A stretch of 64,000 bases of DNA from an uncultured Candidatus Saccharibacteria bacterium (GTDB lineage Bacteria; Patescibacteriota; Minisyncoccia; Phycocordibacterales; UBA918): contig CAZSZB010000002.1 of NCBI GenBank assembly GCA_964611205.1, forward strand, positions 10,609 to 74,608, in the 5' to 3' direction. Shown in pieces: positions 9,373 through 20,054 of the stretch (the first letter of the stretch is position 1; every line of letters starts with the position of its first letter). Both the position numbers and the translations under genes were made by a program. Under the pieces are notes generated by a model. It did no database searches, had not been told where the DNA came from, and saw only the letters and a list, made by a program, of their open reading frames with translations.

Positions 9373-9897
9373 TTATTTCCAAGGCTGATCGCTAGAGTGA
9401 GATTGGAAATCATTTATCGTCAACAAATCATCATCAGACCAAGGGTTATCATTATAATTTAAAACAACCACTCCTTCAGTGTCTGGTAAAGAAACCAGGT
9501 GTGCAGTATCTTTTTCGATATCGTAAACAACCGGCACACAACCTTCGCTGGTCATAGATAGTAATTCACAGTAAAAAATAAATTTTTTACTTGGTGAAAC
9601 CTGAGCGTTTGTTATTTTATGATGAAAACCAACTCTTTCTATATCAGCATCCATAGATAGACTGTTTTTATTAGCACTAAGTATGCGTTCATTGTCACCT
9701 TGCTTTATAAACAAACCAACATCGTTTAGGATTAATTCCCAATCATTTTTTTCCTCCATTACTTTCCCAGTGCTGGCAATCTGCGGTACAGAATTAGGCT
9801 GATTCAGTGACTGATTAAAGGCTATAAAAGCAGTCGTAAAACCAATAATATAAGCTAAGATAATTAGTAGCGATCTCTCAAAACGAACACTTTTCAT
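9373..9897 (-). CDS. hypothetical membrane-anchored or secreted protein
   Basis: 174 aa ORF with an N-terminal hydrophobic helix. No recognisable domain. Confidence 0.4.
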   Translation of the reverse strand: MKSVRFERSLLIILAYIIGFTTAFIAFNQSLNQPNSVPQIASTGKVMEEKNDWELILNDVGLFIKQGDNERILSANKNSLSMDADIERVGFHHKITNAQVSPSKKFIFYCELLSMTSEGCVPVVYDIEKDTAHLVSLPDTEGVVVLNYNDNPWSDDDLLTINDFQSHSSDQPWK

Positions 9898-9957
9898 TAC
9901 TTGAATTATACCAGCTTTTATTTTGGCAATACTTATTTGTCACCAGCTCTTTTCTAC

Positions 9958-10926
9958 TTAAGGTCGAGCAGTCTTCACTAGATGATCTATCAGTTCATTG
10001 TAATTACTACCGATAGCATTAATTGATTTAGGGAAAAGAGACTCTTCCGTCAAACCTGGCAAGGTGTTAACTTCCAAGAAGTAAACTTCTCCATCGGAAA
10101 TGATAAAGTCTGATCTTGAATATTGGGAAAGATTTAGTTGCTTATGAACTTCTAAGGCAGCCTCAGCCAGTTTCTGTTTTTCTGTTTTAGAAAAGCGCCC
10201 AGGACAAATTTCTTCAGTACAACCAGAGTACTTTGCTTCATAAGAGAATAAGGGAGATTCATCAGGCGATATTATTTCTATGTCTGGTAATACATAATGT
10301 TTTTGGTCTCTAAACCCTTCTAATATACCCACCGTTGCTTCCTTGCCTTTAACAAATTCCTCCACCAAAACTTCGCCGTATTTATTAAGTAATTCTTCCA
10401 ACATTGTAGATAATTCCCCTGAATGATGAGCTATCAGAGTATCAACGGAAGAGCCGCCAGAAACAGGCTTAATTACATAATGGGGACCAAAAGCTTGCGT
10501 CAAACCAAAAACTGTTTTCTGTAAATTAGTTACGTCCTGTCTCAAAACACGGGCGTGTTTTGGCATTTTAATACCAGATTCTTTAAGATGTTCTTTAGTT
10601 ATGAATTTATTGATTGCGATAGCAGAGGCATACGGATCACTACCCGTGTATGGCAAATTTAATCTCTTGATCATTCTTTGTACGGTGCCATCCTCCCCGT
10701 AAGAGCCATGTAAAGCTATAAAAACAACATCAACATCAGATAAAATATTTTGTTGATCACGGCAGAGACCATCACAAAGCCATTCCCCATTTTTAGTAAT
10801 GGTTATATCTTTGGTTGAATAACCTAAATCGCGTAGGGCACGCAACACATTAGACCCAGTTTTTAAGGAAACTTCGTATTCGGCACTAGGTCCGCCACGC
10901 AAAACTGCAACCCGATTATATTTCAT
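9958..10926 (-). CDS. ddl: D-alanine--D-alanine ligase
   Basis: 322 aa. Conserved N-terminal block of the Ddl family (VAVLRGGPSAEYEVSL). ATP-grasp C-terminal half (..FLEVNTLPGLTE..). Confidence 0.9.
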   Translation of the reverse strand: MKYNRVAVLRGGPSAEYEVSLKTGSNVLRALRDLGYSTKDITITKNGEWLCDGLCRDQQNILSDVDVVFIALHGSYGEDGTVQRMIKRLNLPYTGSDPYASAIAINKFITKEHLKESGIKMPKHARVLRQDVTNLQKTVFGLTQAFGPHYVIKPVSGGSSVDTLIAHHSGELSTMLEELLNKYGEVLVEEFVKGKEATVGILEGFRDQKHYVLPDIEIISPDESPLFSYEAKYSGCTEEICPGRFSKTEKQKLAEAALEVHKQLNLSQYSRSDFIISDGEVYFLEVNTLPGLTEESLFPKSINAIGSNYNELIDHLVKTARP

Positions 10927-10967
10927 AGGTAAATAATACCATGCAACAATATTCCTAGGTAATAATC

Positions 10968-12209
10968 TTAGTTTAAAAAGTTTTTACGTCTTTTTTGTTT
11001 ATGATAAGTAATAGCAAAGCGGTGGGCGTCAGCGTTAGCTAGAAGAATTTCGTTCTCATATAAAGTTAAGATTTTCTTTGCTGCAATGAGTCGCACTGGT
11101 TTATGACGCTCGTCTTTTACCACGGCGACTACTGGAATAACCAAGCCAGCTTTCTGTAACACCATTTCGGCAACGTTCTTTTGGGCTTTTCCGCCATCAA
11201 CTACTATGATTTGTGGTAATGGCCACTCTGGATGGGTTAACCTGCGATTAAGAATTTCCTTCAAGGCTCCTGGGTCATTACTACGATCTATGGTCTGTAT
11301 TTTAAATTTTCGGTATTCGGACTTTCTAAGTTCTCCTCCCTCGACCACACTCATCACTCCCACCATATCCTCTCCACCTAAATGAGCTACGTCGTAAGCT
11401 TCTATGCGGATGGTTTTTTCATCTCTATATATTCTATTCTCATCTTTTAGCAAAGAAATATCTTCAATGTGTTTAAGAGCAAATATCTTTCTTTTAATTA
11501 TCGCGGCTGTCTCAAAATTCTCTTTCTTTGCTTCTAACAACATTTCTTTTTCTAGTTCTTTTATTATCTCCTTCTTTTTACCAGAAAAAAATAACTGGAT
11601 GAAATGAATGGTTTTTTTATATTCCTTATGATCTGTTTGTTCGGGAAATAATCCAATTTGTCGATTGAAATCTATTTTACCCCTACTTATTTTACTTTTT
11701 TCTTTTCCTAGCGGGTCTTTTGTATCATAGAATTTAAATAGTTTTCGAACTATTTTTAATGCCTCACGGAAAAGGCCAGAGCTGGGAAAAGGTCCGTATT
11801 CATGCAGTATCTCATCAGGAGTAAATTTTTCAGCTAAATCCTTGGCTCTTACCACCAGAACCCGGGGCCATTTTTCATTGGTAATAACTAAATGATTATA
11901 GCTTTTGTCATCCTTGGAAATTGTATTGTACTTAGGTTTATGAGTTCGAATGAGATTTACTTCCAATAACAAAGCCTCCAGCACACTATCAGTTACAGTC
12001 CACTCCACCGTCTTAGCCTCTTTTACCATTCTTTCAATCAACTCAGAACGTTTCTCTTTTAAATCAGTGGCAAAGTAGCTACGTACTCGGTTATTTAAAT
12101 TAGTGGCTTTACCAATATACAAAATCTCTTTTTTTGTACCCAAAAAGAAGTAAACTCCCGGTGTACTTGGTAACTTTTTTTTACTAAGGCTACTTTTTTG
12201 CATAATCAA
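10968..12209 (-). CDS. uvrC: excinuclease ABC subunit C, compact form without the C-terminal HhH domain
   Basis: 413 aa. N-terminal GIY-YIG motif (GVYFF..ILYIGKA..N). C-terminal RNase H-like endonuclease block (YDVAHLGG..YRKFKI). Immediately upstream of uvrA. Confidence 0.75.
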   Translation of the reverse strand: MIMQKSSLSKKKLPSTPGVYFFLGTKKEILYIGKATNLNNRVRSYFATDLKEKRSELIERMVKEAKTVEWTVTDSVLEALLLEVNLIRTHKPKYNTISKDDKSYNHLVITNEKWPRVLVVRAKDLAEKFTPDEILHEYGPFPSSGLFREALKIVRKLFKFYDTKDPLGKEKSKISRGKIDFNRQIGLFPEQTDHKEYKKTIHFIQLFFSGKKKEIIKELEKEMLLEAKKENFETAAIIKRKIFALKHIEDISLLKDENRIYRDEKTIRIEAYDVAHLGGEDMVGVMSVVEGGELRKSEYRKFKIQTIDRSNDPGALKEILNRRLTHPEWPLPQIIVVDGGKAQKNVAEMVLQKAGLVIPVVAVVKDERHKPVRLIAAKKILTLYENEILLANADAHRFAITYHKQKRRKNFLN

Positions 12210-12231
12210 ATATGTAAACCTATTGAAAAGC

Positions 12232-14886
12232 TTATTTCTTTAGGATTTTTTTAAGGTATATACCAGTGTATGATTTTGGATTTTCGGCTACTTCTTCTGG
12301 TGTTCCCTTAGCTACCAATTGACCACCGCCCGCTCCTCCCTCAGGGCCTACATCGATGACATAGTCGGCTGACTTAATAAGATCTAAATTATGTTCAATA
12401 ACCATCACGGTATTGCCACGATTTACCAACTCCTGCAATATTTCAATTAGCTTAGCAACATCTTTATAGTGTAATCCTATAGTAGGTTCATCAAGTAAAT
12501 AGATCGTCTTTAAAGTATGAGGTCGATACAATTCAGAAGCGATTTTTACACGCTGAGCTTCTCCACCTGAGAGAGTAGTAGCACTTTGACCTAAACTTAT
12601 ATAACCTAGACCGGTATTTACCAAAGACGCCAGGCGTTCATAGATAGCTGGTACATCACTGAAAAACTTAGTGGCTTCCTCAATATTCATATTCAATACC
12701 TCATGGATATTCTTACCCTTATAGCGTACTTCCAGAGTTTCTTTAGTGAAGCGCTTTCCGTCACAAACATCACAAGTCACATACACAGTTGGTAAAAAGT
12801 GCATCTCTACAGCTACCACACCGTTACCCTGACAAGCTTCGCAGCGTCCGCCTTTGACATTAAATGAGAAGCGACCCGGCTTCCAACCTCTAGCCCTAGC
12901 TTCGCTAGTTGCAGCAAACATATCCCGAATATGAGTGAAAGCTCCGGTATAGGTAGCTGGGTTAGACCGAGGAGTACGACCAATCGGAGACTGGTCTATC
13001 AAGACAGTTCGACCCAGATATTCTGTTCCTTCGATAGATTTAACGTTATAAGTTTTGGCAGTGCGATAACGCTTTTCAAGACGAGCCAACAAGTTTTTAT
13101 GTAATATTTCATACATAAAGGTAGATTTTCCCGAACCAGAGACACCGGTTACGGCAATCAATCTACCCAACGGGATATCTATATTTAGATTTTTAATATT
13201 AAAAGCTTTTCCGCCTCTGATTTTTATTGAACCTTTTTCTGAACTACGTCGTTCTGGAACTTCAATTTTTCTGTCACCTCTTAGATAATCCAGAGTCAGA
13301 GAACCACTATCGTTATTTTTAGCTTCTAAAAGTGGCTGCAAGTAACCCGCCACCACTATTTCTCCACCATGAACACCCGCTCCGGGACCAACATCAACGA
13401 TGTAATCAGCCGCGAAAATTGTATCTTCGTCATGCTCCACCACTAAAATAGTGTTACCTAAATCACGTAACTCTGTCAGAGTCTTAATGAGCTTGTCATT
13501 ATCACGTTGATGTAGTCCGATAGTTGGTTCATCCAACACGTACAAAGCTCCAACCAAACCAGAACCCAACTGCGAAGCTAAGCGTATACGTTGTGCTTCC
13601 CCACCAGAAAGAGTGTTAGCTCTGCGATCTAGAGTTAGGTATTCAATACCAACATTTTTCATAAACTCTAACCTTTCAATAATCTCACGCAAAGCCGGCC
13701 AAGCTATCTCCTGCTCTTTTTTCGTTAATTTTATATTAGTTATAAAATCGGCAGCTTCAGATACGGTCAAACGGGTAAAGTCCACTATATTTAATCCTAG
13801 TTCGGAAGTCTGATTCTTGAACTTGGTTGTTGAAGAAAGATAAATTCGCAAAGCTTCAGGACGAAGTCTGGCTCCCTTACAAGTCGGACAAACATCAGAG
13901 TTAAATATGCCCACCACCCCTAATCCATTACATTCTTCACAAGCACCATAAGGAGAGTTAAAAGAAAATAAACGTGGTTCTACTTCAGGAAATGATGAGC
14001 CATCAACTGGACAAATAAATTTAGCTGACAAGGTTCGTTCCTTTCCGTCTGGTGATTTAATCTTCACCATTCCACCTGATTGATCTAAAGCAATTTCGAC
14101 CGCTTCTGAAAGACGTTCATGCGAACCTTTCGGATCATCCGTAAATTCACTAACATATATTTCGTCCACCAAAACATCGATATCGTGTCTCTTAGTCTTA
14201 GTTAGGATGATTTTTTCTCGTAGTTGTTTGATTTCTCCATCTATCTTTACTACCTCGAAACCTTTATTGAGAAGATCGTATAAAAGTTGATAATATTCAC
14301 CTTTACGACCAACCACTACTGGAGAAAAGATAGATACTCGTCCCTTACTTAGATTTATACCCATCACCTGTTCATCTTTTTGAGCCTTTTTTACTTCTTT
14401 ATCCTCAATCGATTTAAGAATTATATTTAGAATTTCATCTTGCGATAATTTCTCAATTGCCACGTCCACGTCAAGACAATATGGACGACCAATACGAGCA
14501 TAAAGAATCCTTAAATAATCATAAATCTCCGTAATAGTAGCGACGGTGGAGCGTGGGTTACGACTAGCTGATTTCTGATCTATTGAAATTGCTGGTGATA
14601 AACCAGAGATTTCGTCAACGTCCGGTTTCTGCATTTTATTCAAAAACTGTCTAGCATACGGTGAAAGACTTTCTACATAACGACGCTGTCCCTCAGCAAA
14701 AATAGTATCGAAAGCCAAGGATGACTTACCTGAGCCAGACGGACCAGTAATAGCTATCATTTTATTACGCGGCATTTCTACATCAACATTTTTTAAGTTG
14801 TGTGTCCTAGCACCACGAACAACCAGACGTTTTTCGCCATCGTTTTCCCATTCTGTTTTAGTTGGTTTTTTACTCATACAACACAA
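12232..14886 (-). CDS. uvrA: excinuclease ABC subunit A
   Basis: 884 aa. Two ABC ATPase modules (GPSGSGKSS and GVSGSGKST Walker A; LSGGEAQR signatures). Zinc-finger Cys clusters. Confidence 0.95.
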   Translation of the reverse strand: MCCMSKKPTKTEWENDGEKRLVVRGARTHNLKNVDVEMPRNKMIAITGPSGSGKSSLAFDTIFAEGQRRYVESLSPYARQFLNKMQKPDVDEISGLSPAISIDQKSASRNPRSTVATITEIYDYLRILYARIGRPYCLDVDVAIEKLSQDEILNIILKSIEDKEVKKAQKDEQVMGINLSKGRVSIFSPVVVGRKGEYYQLLYDLLNKGFEVVKIDGEIKQLREKIILTKTKRHDIDVLVDEIYVSEFTDDPKGSHERLSEAVEIALDQSGGMVKIKSPDGKERTLSAKFICPVDGSSFPEVEPRLFSFNSPYGACEECNGLGVVGIFNSDVCPTCKGARLRPEALRIYLSSTTKFKNQTSELGLNIVDFTRLTVSEAADFITNIKLTKKEQEIAWPALREIIERLEFMKNVGIEYLTLDRRANTLSGGEAQRIRLASQLGSGLVGALYVLDEPTIGLHQRDNDKLIKTLTELRDLGNTILVVEHDEDTIFAADYIVDVGPGAGVHGGEIVVAGYLQPLLEAKNNDSGSLTLDYLRGDRKIEVPERRSSEKGSIKIRGGKAFNIKNLNIDIPLGRLIAVTGVSGSGKSTFMYEILHKNLLARLEKRYRTAKTYNVKSIEGTEYLGRTVLIDQSPIGRTPRSNPATYTGAFTHIRDMFAATSEARARGWKPGRFSFNVKGGRCEACQGNGVVAVEMHFLPTVYVTCDVCDGKRFTKETLEVRYKGKNIHEVLNMNIEEATKFFSDVPAIYERLASLVNTGLGYISLGQSATTLSGGEAQRVKIASELYRPHTLKTIYLLDEPTIGLHYKDVAKLIEILQELVNRGNTVMVIEHNLDLIKSADYVIDVGPEGGAGGGQLVAKGTPEEVAENPKSYTGIYLKKILKK

Positions 14887-14981
14887 GCGAACATCTCTAC
14901 ATGATGATAGAGGAAGTCAACGTTTTATTATACTTATATATTATGATTTCACCAGCACCGCAGAAACTTTGGTTCAATAAA

Positions 14982-17018
14982 TCATTTCTTCATACTTTTG
15001 CTTCCCGCTTTTTCTAAATACCCTATTTCATCACGCAGGATAGCTGCTGTTTCAAAATCTAGAATAGCCACTGCTTCTTCCATCTGTCGTCTTTTTTCTT
15101 TCAATACCTTTTTAGGATTCTTTTTGAATAGTTCCATATCTATCTTAAGCAGAGTATCGACTGTTTCATCATGCTCACTACGCATTTGATCTGTGATAGA
15201 TTTTATTTCCTTCTTAATAGTTGTTGGCGTTATGCCGTGTTTTTCGTTGTAAGCAGTTTGTATTTCTCGTCGTCGGTTTGTTTCAGAAATAGCGTATTCA
15301 AGCGCCGGAGTCATTTCATCGGCATAAAGAACCACCCGACCATTAACATTACGGGCTGCTCGCCCAATTGTCTGAATAAGAGCTGTCTCACTGCGCAGGA
15401 AACCACTTTTATCAGCATCAAGAATAGCTACCAATTCCACTTCAGGTAAATCCAAACCTTCTCGCAGTAAGTTAACACCCACCAAACAATCGAACTCTCC
15501 TCTTCGAAAATCATTTAGTATCTCGATTCTTTCTATGGTATCGACATCACTGTGAATATATTTAGTTTTTATTCCTTTTTCTTCTAAAAAGTCAGCCAAG
15601 TCTTCAGCCATTTGTTTAGTCAGAGTAGTGGTTAAAACCCTTGCTCCTCCAGCTATTACTTTCTCCGCTTCACGAATAAAATCCTTTATTTGTCCTTCAT
15701 AAGTACCCTTGCCTGTCACTGGACGCAAATCTATTTCTGGATCGATTAAACCAGTCGGACGAATTATTTGCTCAACTATCTGCCCCTTCCCTTCTGCTAC
15801 TTGTTCCATTTCGTATTTTCCTGGCGTAGCCGTAGTGTAAATCACTTGCCCTACTCGCTCTTTCCACTCAGCAAACTTAAGTGGTCTGTTATCTACAGCA
15901 CTCGGCAGACGAAAACCATGCTCTACTAAAGTATCTTTACGAGACCGGTCGCCAGCGTACATGCCATTTATTTGCGGAACTGTGACATGCGACTCATCGA
16001 CAATAGTGAGAAAGTCTGGTGTGCCATCTTTCTTGTGTGGAAAGTAGGATAATAAAGTATACGGTGCATCACCGGGCTTGCGACGATCAAAGTGTCTAGA
16101 GTAATTCTCTATCCCGTTACAGTATCCAACTTCTCGAATTAAGGCTAAATCATGTTCTGTTCTTCTCTTTAAGCGCTCCGACTCTAGTAACTTCCCTTCC
16201 TTTTTAAACTTAGCCAACTGACTTTTAAGTTCAGCTTTAATGTCTTCATAAGCCACTTTTCTTTCATCCTCTGGAGTAACGAAATGTTTAGCTGGAAATA
16301 AATAAAATACCTCTGGCTCTTCAATTATCTGTCTAGAAATCGCATCTATCTTAGTCAAATGAGATACACTGTTACCAGTAAAATTTAACCTGAAAATAAC
16401 TCTCTCATTGGTTGGCATAATTTCTATAGTATTCCCAACGGCTCTGAACATACCCGGCGATAAATCGGCGTTGGTACGAGTAAAATACATACTCACAAGC
16501 ACCCGTAACATATCAGCTCGAGTAGTTGCAAAACCTTTTTCTATTTTTTGGTGACGTTTTTCGTATTCGGCCGGTTCTCCCAAGCCATAAATACAGGACA
16601 CTGAAGCCACAATGATGACGTCACTGCGCGTCAAAAGCGCCTGAGTGGAAGCATGTCGTAAGCGATCAATTTCTTCATTGATTTGAGCCTCCTTTTCGAT
16701 ATAAGTATCTGAAGTTGGCATATACGCTTCCGGTTGATAGTAGTCATAATAAGAAACGAAATAATGTACAGCGTTATTCGGAAAAAAATCACGATACTCT
16801 TGAGCTAATTGAGCAGCCAGGGTTTTATTGTGAGCGATAACCAGTGTTGGTTTTTGTATTTGTTGGATTACATTGGCCGCTGTAAAGGTTTTTCCTGAGC
16901 CAGTCACACCCAAAAGCGTCTGGTCAGTCATACCAGCCTTTAACCCTTCTACCAGCTTTTTTATTGCCTGCGGCTGATCACCAGCTGGTGTTTTTTCTGT
17001 ACTTAAATCAAACTTCAT
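14982..17018 (-). CDS. uvrB: excinuclease ABC subunit B
   Basis: 678 aa. Helicase motif I GVTGSGKT. DESH box. Conserved UvrB C-terminal region. Confidence 0.95.
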   Translation of the reverse strand: MKFDLSTEKTPAGDQPQAIKKLVEGLKAGMTDQTLLGVTGSGKTFTAANVIQQIQKPTLVIAHNKTLAAQLAQEYRDFFPNNAVHYFVSYYDYYQPEAYMPTSDTYIEKEAQINEEIDRLRHASTQALLTRSDVIIVASVSCIYGLGEPAEYEKRHQKIEKGFATTRADMLRVLVSMYFTRTNADLSPGMFRAVGNTIEIMPTNERVIFRLNFTGNSVSHLTKIDAISRQIIEEPEVFYLFPAKHFVTPEDERKVAYEDIKAELKSQLAKFKKEGKLLESERLKRRTEHDLALIREVGYCNGIENYSRHFDRRKPGDAPYTLLSYFPHKKDGTPDFLTIVDESHVTVPQINGMYAGDRSRKDTLVEHGFRLPSAVDNRPLKFAEWKERVGQVIYTTATPGKYEMEQVAEGKGQIVEQIIRPTGLIDPEIDLRPVTGKGTYEGQIKDFIREAEKVIAGGARVLTTTLTKQMAEDLADFLEEKGIKTKYIHSDVDTIERIEILNDFRRGEFDCLVGVNLLREGLDLPEVELVAILDADKSGFLRSETALIQTIGRAARNVNGRVVLYADEMTPALEYAISETNRRREIQTAYNEKHGITPTTIKKEIKSITDQMRSEHDETVDTLLKIDMELFKKNPKKVLKEKRRQMEEAVAILDFETAAILRDEIGYLEKAGSKSMKK

Positions 17019-17107
17019 GTAGCTGAGTATACAGAGTACAACTCAAAAATCAAAACCCAGCCTCATAATTTAGTATTAGGTCTAATTTGAAAGATTAGCG
17101 ATTATTT

Positions 17108-18373
17108 TTATAATGAATCTGACAAAATCTTCACTCTTAATTTTTTAGTGTAATTCACAATTGTCCAAAGGTTATGCAAACTAGCTAAATGACCACCTAA
17201 GATTTCGTTGGCTTTGAATAAATGGTGTAAATAAGACTGCGTATATTTATTTATCGGACTCTCTCCAGTGTCTAAAGGTTCATAGGAACGAGCGAATTTA
17301 GCATTTTTTAAATTTATCTTTTCTATTACCGGTAAACCAATTTCATCTTTTTTTCCAGTATCGATATAAATAGTTCCTGTCCGACCCAGCCTAGTCGGCG
17401 CTACACAATCAAAGGTATCACAACCCATCAAAACTCCTTGTTTGATATCCTCCGGTTCTCCGATACCTAGCAGATGACGTGGCTTATCTTCTGGCAGAAT
17501 TTCATTAACTACGCGTAGCGATTCTCCTAGGTCTTCCTTACTAAAAGAACCACCTATCCCAAAACCATCAAAGTCCATTGAAGCTAATACCCGAGCACTT
17601 TCTTGTCTTAAATCGAGATGACGACCACCTTGCACTACTCCGTAAATACCTTGTTTTTTAAGAGCATTATAATTTTGCTTATGAGCCATAATGCTCCGTT
17701 TGGCCCAACGGTGAGTTCTGTCCATCGCTTCCTTTTGGTAATCATAATCAGCCGTCGGTGAGGTACATTCATCAAAAGCAATAATGATATCAGCGCCGAT
17801 ATTATGCTGAATATCAATTGATCGTTCCGGTGTAAATCTATGCATCGAACCATCTATGTGTGAAGTAAAAGTAACTCCCTCTTCATCTATTATGCAAAGC
17901 TTACCGTGTTCGGTAGCCATCTCTTTACTGTAAATATTCAAACCCTCCTTCTCGGCCACTCTATCAGTCGCTTCCGCATCTAACGCGAACTTAGTCACCC
18001 CTTTACCAAACGCAGCCCCTAAACTAAAAACCTGAAAACCACCGCTATCAGTCATTGTAGGAAGCTGCCAATTTGCAAAGGTATGCAAACCACCAGCCTC
18101 TTTAATGATTTTATCACCAGGTTGTAGAAAGAGATGATAAGTGTTTGCTAAAGCTACTTCTGCTCCAACAATATCGGTCAGATCTTCCGGTTTAAGACTT
18201 TTTACCGTTGCCTTGGTACCAACAGAGACAAAAGCCGGAGTTTTGATGTCACCATGAGGAGTGCGAATAACACCAGCCCGAGCCAGAGACCCAGGGTGCT
18301 TTTTGACAATCTCAAAACTAACCGGTTTATCTTTCATAGGTACGTACTTAGAGGTACGTACTAAAGTACGCAC
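17108..18373 (-). CDS. tgt: queuine tRNA-ribosyltransferase (tRNA-guanine transglycosylase)
   Basis: 421 aa. Conserved Tgt blocks (..FMPVGT.A.VK.., ..LGIGEPED.., Zn-binding CC..C..H region). Confidence 0.85.
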   Translation of the reverse strand: MRTLVRTSKYVPMKDKPVSFEIVKKHPGSLARAGVIRTPHGDIKTPAFVSVGTKATVKSLKPEDLTDIVGAEVALANTYHLFLQPGDKIIKEAGGLHTFANWQLPTMTDSGGFQVFSLGAAFGKGVTKFALDAEATDRVAEKEGLNIYSKEMATEHGKLCIIDEEGVTFTSHIDGSMHRFTPERSIDIQHNIGADIIIAFDECTSPTADYDYQKEAMDRTHRWAKRSIMAHKQNYNALKKQGIYGVVQGGRHLDLRQESARVLASMDFDGFGIGGSFSKEDLGESLRVVNEILPEDKPRHLLGIGEPEDIKQGVLMGCDTFDCVAPTRLGRTGTIYIDTGKKDEIGLPVIEKINLKNAKFARSYEPLDTGESPINKYTQSYLHHLFKANEILGGHLASLHNLWTIVNYTKKLRVKILSDSL

Positions 18374-18380
18374 CAGATTT

Positions 18381-18920
18381 CTACTGTACGGCGATTAGCT
18401 CAACAGCAAATATTAGAGTCGAATTAGCAGGAATTGGTCCCATGACTTTTTTACCATAAGCTAATTCCGGCGGAATAACTAAAACTCTTTGTCCTCCAAC
18501 TTTCATTCCTAAGAGTCCTGTTTCCCAACCAGCAATAACCTTCCCTTCACCTAATGTAAAAGTTAACGGCTGATCATTATTATATGAATTATCAAATTGC
18601 TGTCCGTTACGCAGGGTACCAATGTAATGAACAGTTACGGTGTCACCTTCTTTTACTTCATTGCCTGTACCGATATGTACATCGTTAATAATCATTTTTT
18701 CTACCTGACCACGCTTGTCTACTGCCATTGCAACGGTATCGCGTAGAGCCTCATTATTTCCTCCTTCAGTAACTACTGATAAGGCGGCCACCTGAGAGTC
18801 GCCATTGTTGTTAGAGCTATTTACAATAGAGCTTGTATTGTCTATTCGTAAAAGAAACAGTGCTAAAGCCATTAAACTAACGCTGGCTAAGATTCCTAGT
18901 AGTTCGTATTTATTTATCAT
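18381..18920 (-). CDS. FKBP-type peptidyl-prolyl cis-trans isomerase with an N-terminal signal/TM segment
   Basis: 179 aa. C-terminal FKBP domain (VTVHYIGTL.NGQQFDNS.....P..F.LG.G.VI.GWE.GL.GMKVGG.R.L.IPP.LAYG). Confidence 0.8.
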   Translation of the reverse strand: MINKYELLGILASVSLMALALFLLRIDNTSSIVNSSNNNGDSQVAALSVVTEGGNNEALRDTVAMAVDKRGQVEKMIINDVHIGTGNEVKEGDTVTVHYIGTLRNGQQFDNSYNNDQPLTFTLGEGKVIAGWETGLLGMKVGGQRVLVIPPELAYGKKVMGPIPANSTLIFAVELIAVQ

Positions 18921-18964
18921 GATTACGCCATATTATTAGATAATGAACAAATTGCAACCCCAAA

Positions 18965-20026
18965 TTATTGACTTAGTCCTTTTAAATCTAAAATACCAGC
19001 TAATATCTGAGGGGTTAGACGAGGGTCGCTGCGTTTGGCTAAAGCCTGTAGAAAATTATCTTTATCTGCGGGATTCATATAATAAGGAGAGCTGAGACTT
19101 CCCATACTGCTCACCGGTAACAATTCTATTTGTTCCTCCTTTTTAGACTTAGTAAGCTTAACCAACAGACCCATCTGTACATCTTCACTAAAATACTGAT
19201 CGAAAATAAAGTTGCCTAACGAATACAAAACTAATTTCCCATTAATGATTTGTATATCTTGTACCACATGCGGGTGATGACCGATAATCAAATCGGCACC
19301 TAAATTTATCCATTCTGTAGCAAGAGCTTCTTGGTTAGCAGAGTGTTGCAGCTCATATTCTTCTCCCCAGTGTACGTAGACGATTTGTTGACCAGCCTTA
19401 GTGTTGGCTTCGGAAAATATCTGTTTCAATTTTTCTTGGTCAGGTATTCTATAGACGGCATAAATTCCGATTAAAGCAATTTTGTCTTTTCCATGATTTA
19501 TATAAGTAACTGTGGTAGAAGGATTCAAAACCTGATCTCCAAAAGATTTAATGTTAGTCTTATCAATTACGCTCTTGGTATGAAGAAAATTCGATGCACC
19601 AAAGTCATAACTGTGATTATTAGCCAAACTCAAATGAGTAAATCCATGATTCTCTAGTAAGGTAAGAGAACTTTCTGGTACTGAGAAGGAAAAAGTGAAA
19701 CTAGCAGTTGGATGATGGACTTTTGGTATAGAGCCCTCAAAGTTACCAACTAAATAATCTAACGAGGAATCAAATTTAATATTTGCTAAAGGATAATTAA
19801 CCCCTTCTCTTTCCATAAGTTTCTCCACATGACGAGCCAACATAATATCTCCAGTAAAGAGAATATCTAAAGGTTTAGAAGTCGACAAAAAAGCCGGTTG
19901 TACATTTTCTATTTTGTTACTAACTGAATTAAGTAAGGTTACTTCCTCTGGAAAATAATTGACTGCCACAACAGAGACAACGACTAGAATCGGAAATGTG
20001 AGAAAGAATAGTGTTTTGTATTTCAT
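18965..20026 (-). CDS. CapA/PgsA-family metallophosphoesterase-like protein
   Basis: 353 aa. N-terminal TM. Calcineurin-like motifs (..LANNHSYDFG.., ..GHHPHVVQ..) typical of the CapA family. Confidence 0.6.
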   Translation of the reverse strand: MKYKTLFFLTFPILVVVSVVAVNYFPEEVTLLNSVSNKIENVQPAFLSTSKPLDILFTGDIMLARHVEKLMEREGVNYPLANIKFDSSLDYLVGNFEGSIPKVHHPTASFTFSFSVPESSLTLLENHGFTHLSLANNHSYDFGASNFLHTKSVIDKTNIKSFGDQVLNPSTTVTYINHGKDKIALIGIYAVYRIPDQEKLKQIFSEANTKAGQQIVYVHWGEEYELQHSANQEALATEWINLGADLIIGHHPHVVQDIQIINGKLVLYSLGNFIFDQYFSEDVQMGLLVKLTKSKKEEQIELLPVSSMGSLSSPYYMNPADKDNFLQALAKRSDPRLTPQILAGILDLKGLSQ

Positions 20027-20054
20027 ATGTTGCGATGAACACGCCCTTTCGTCT

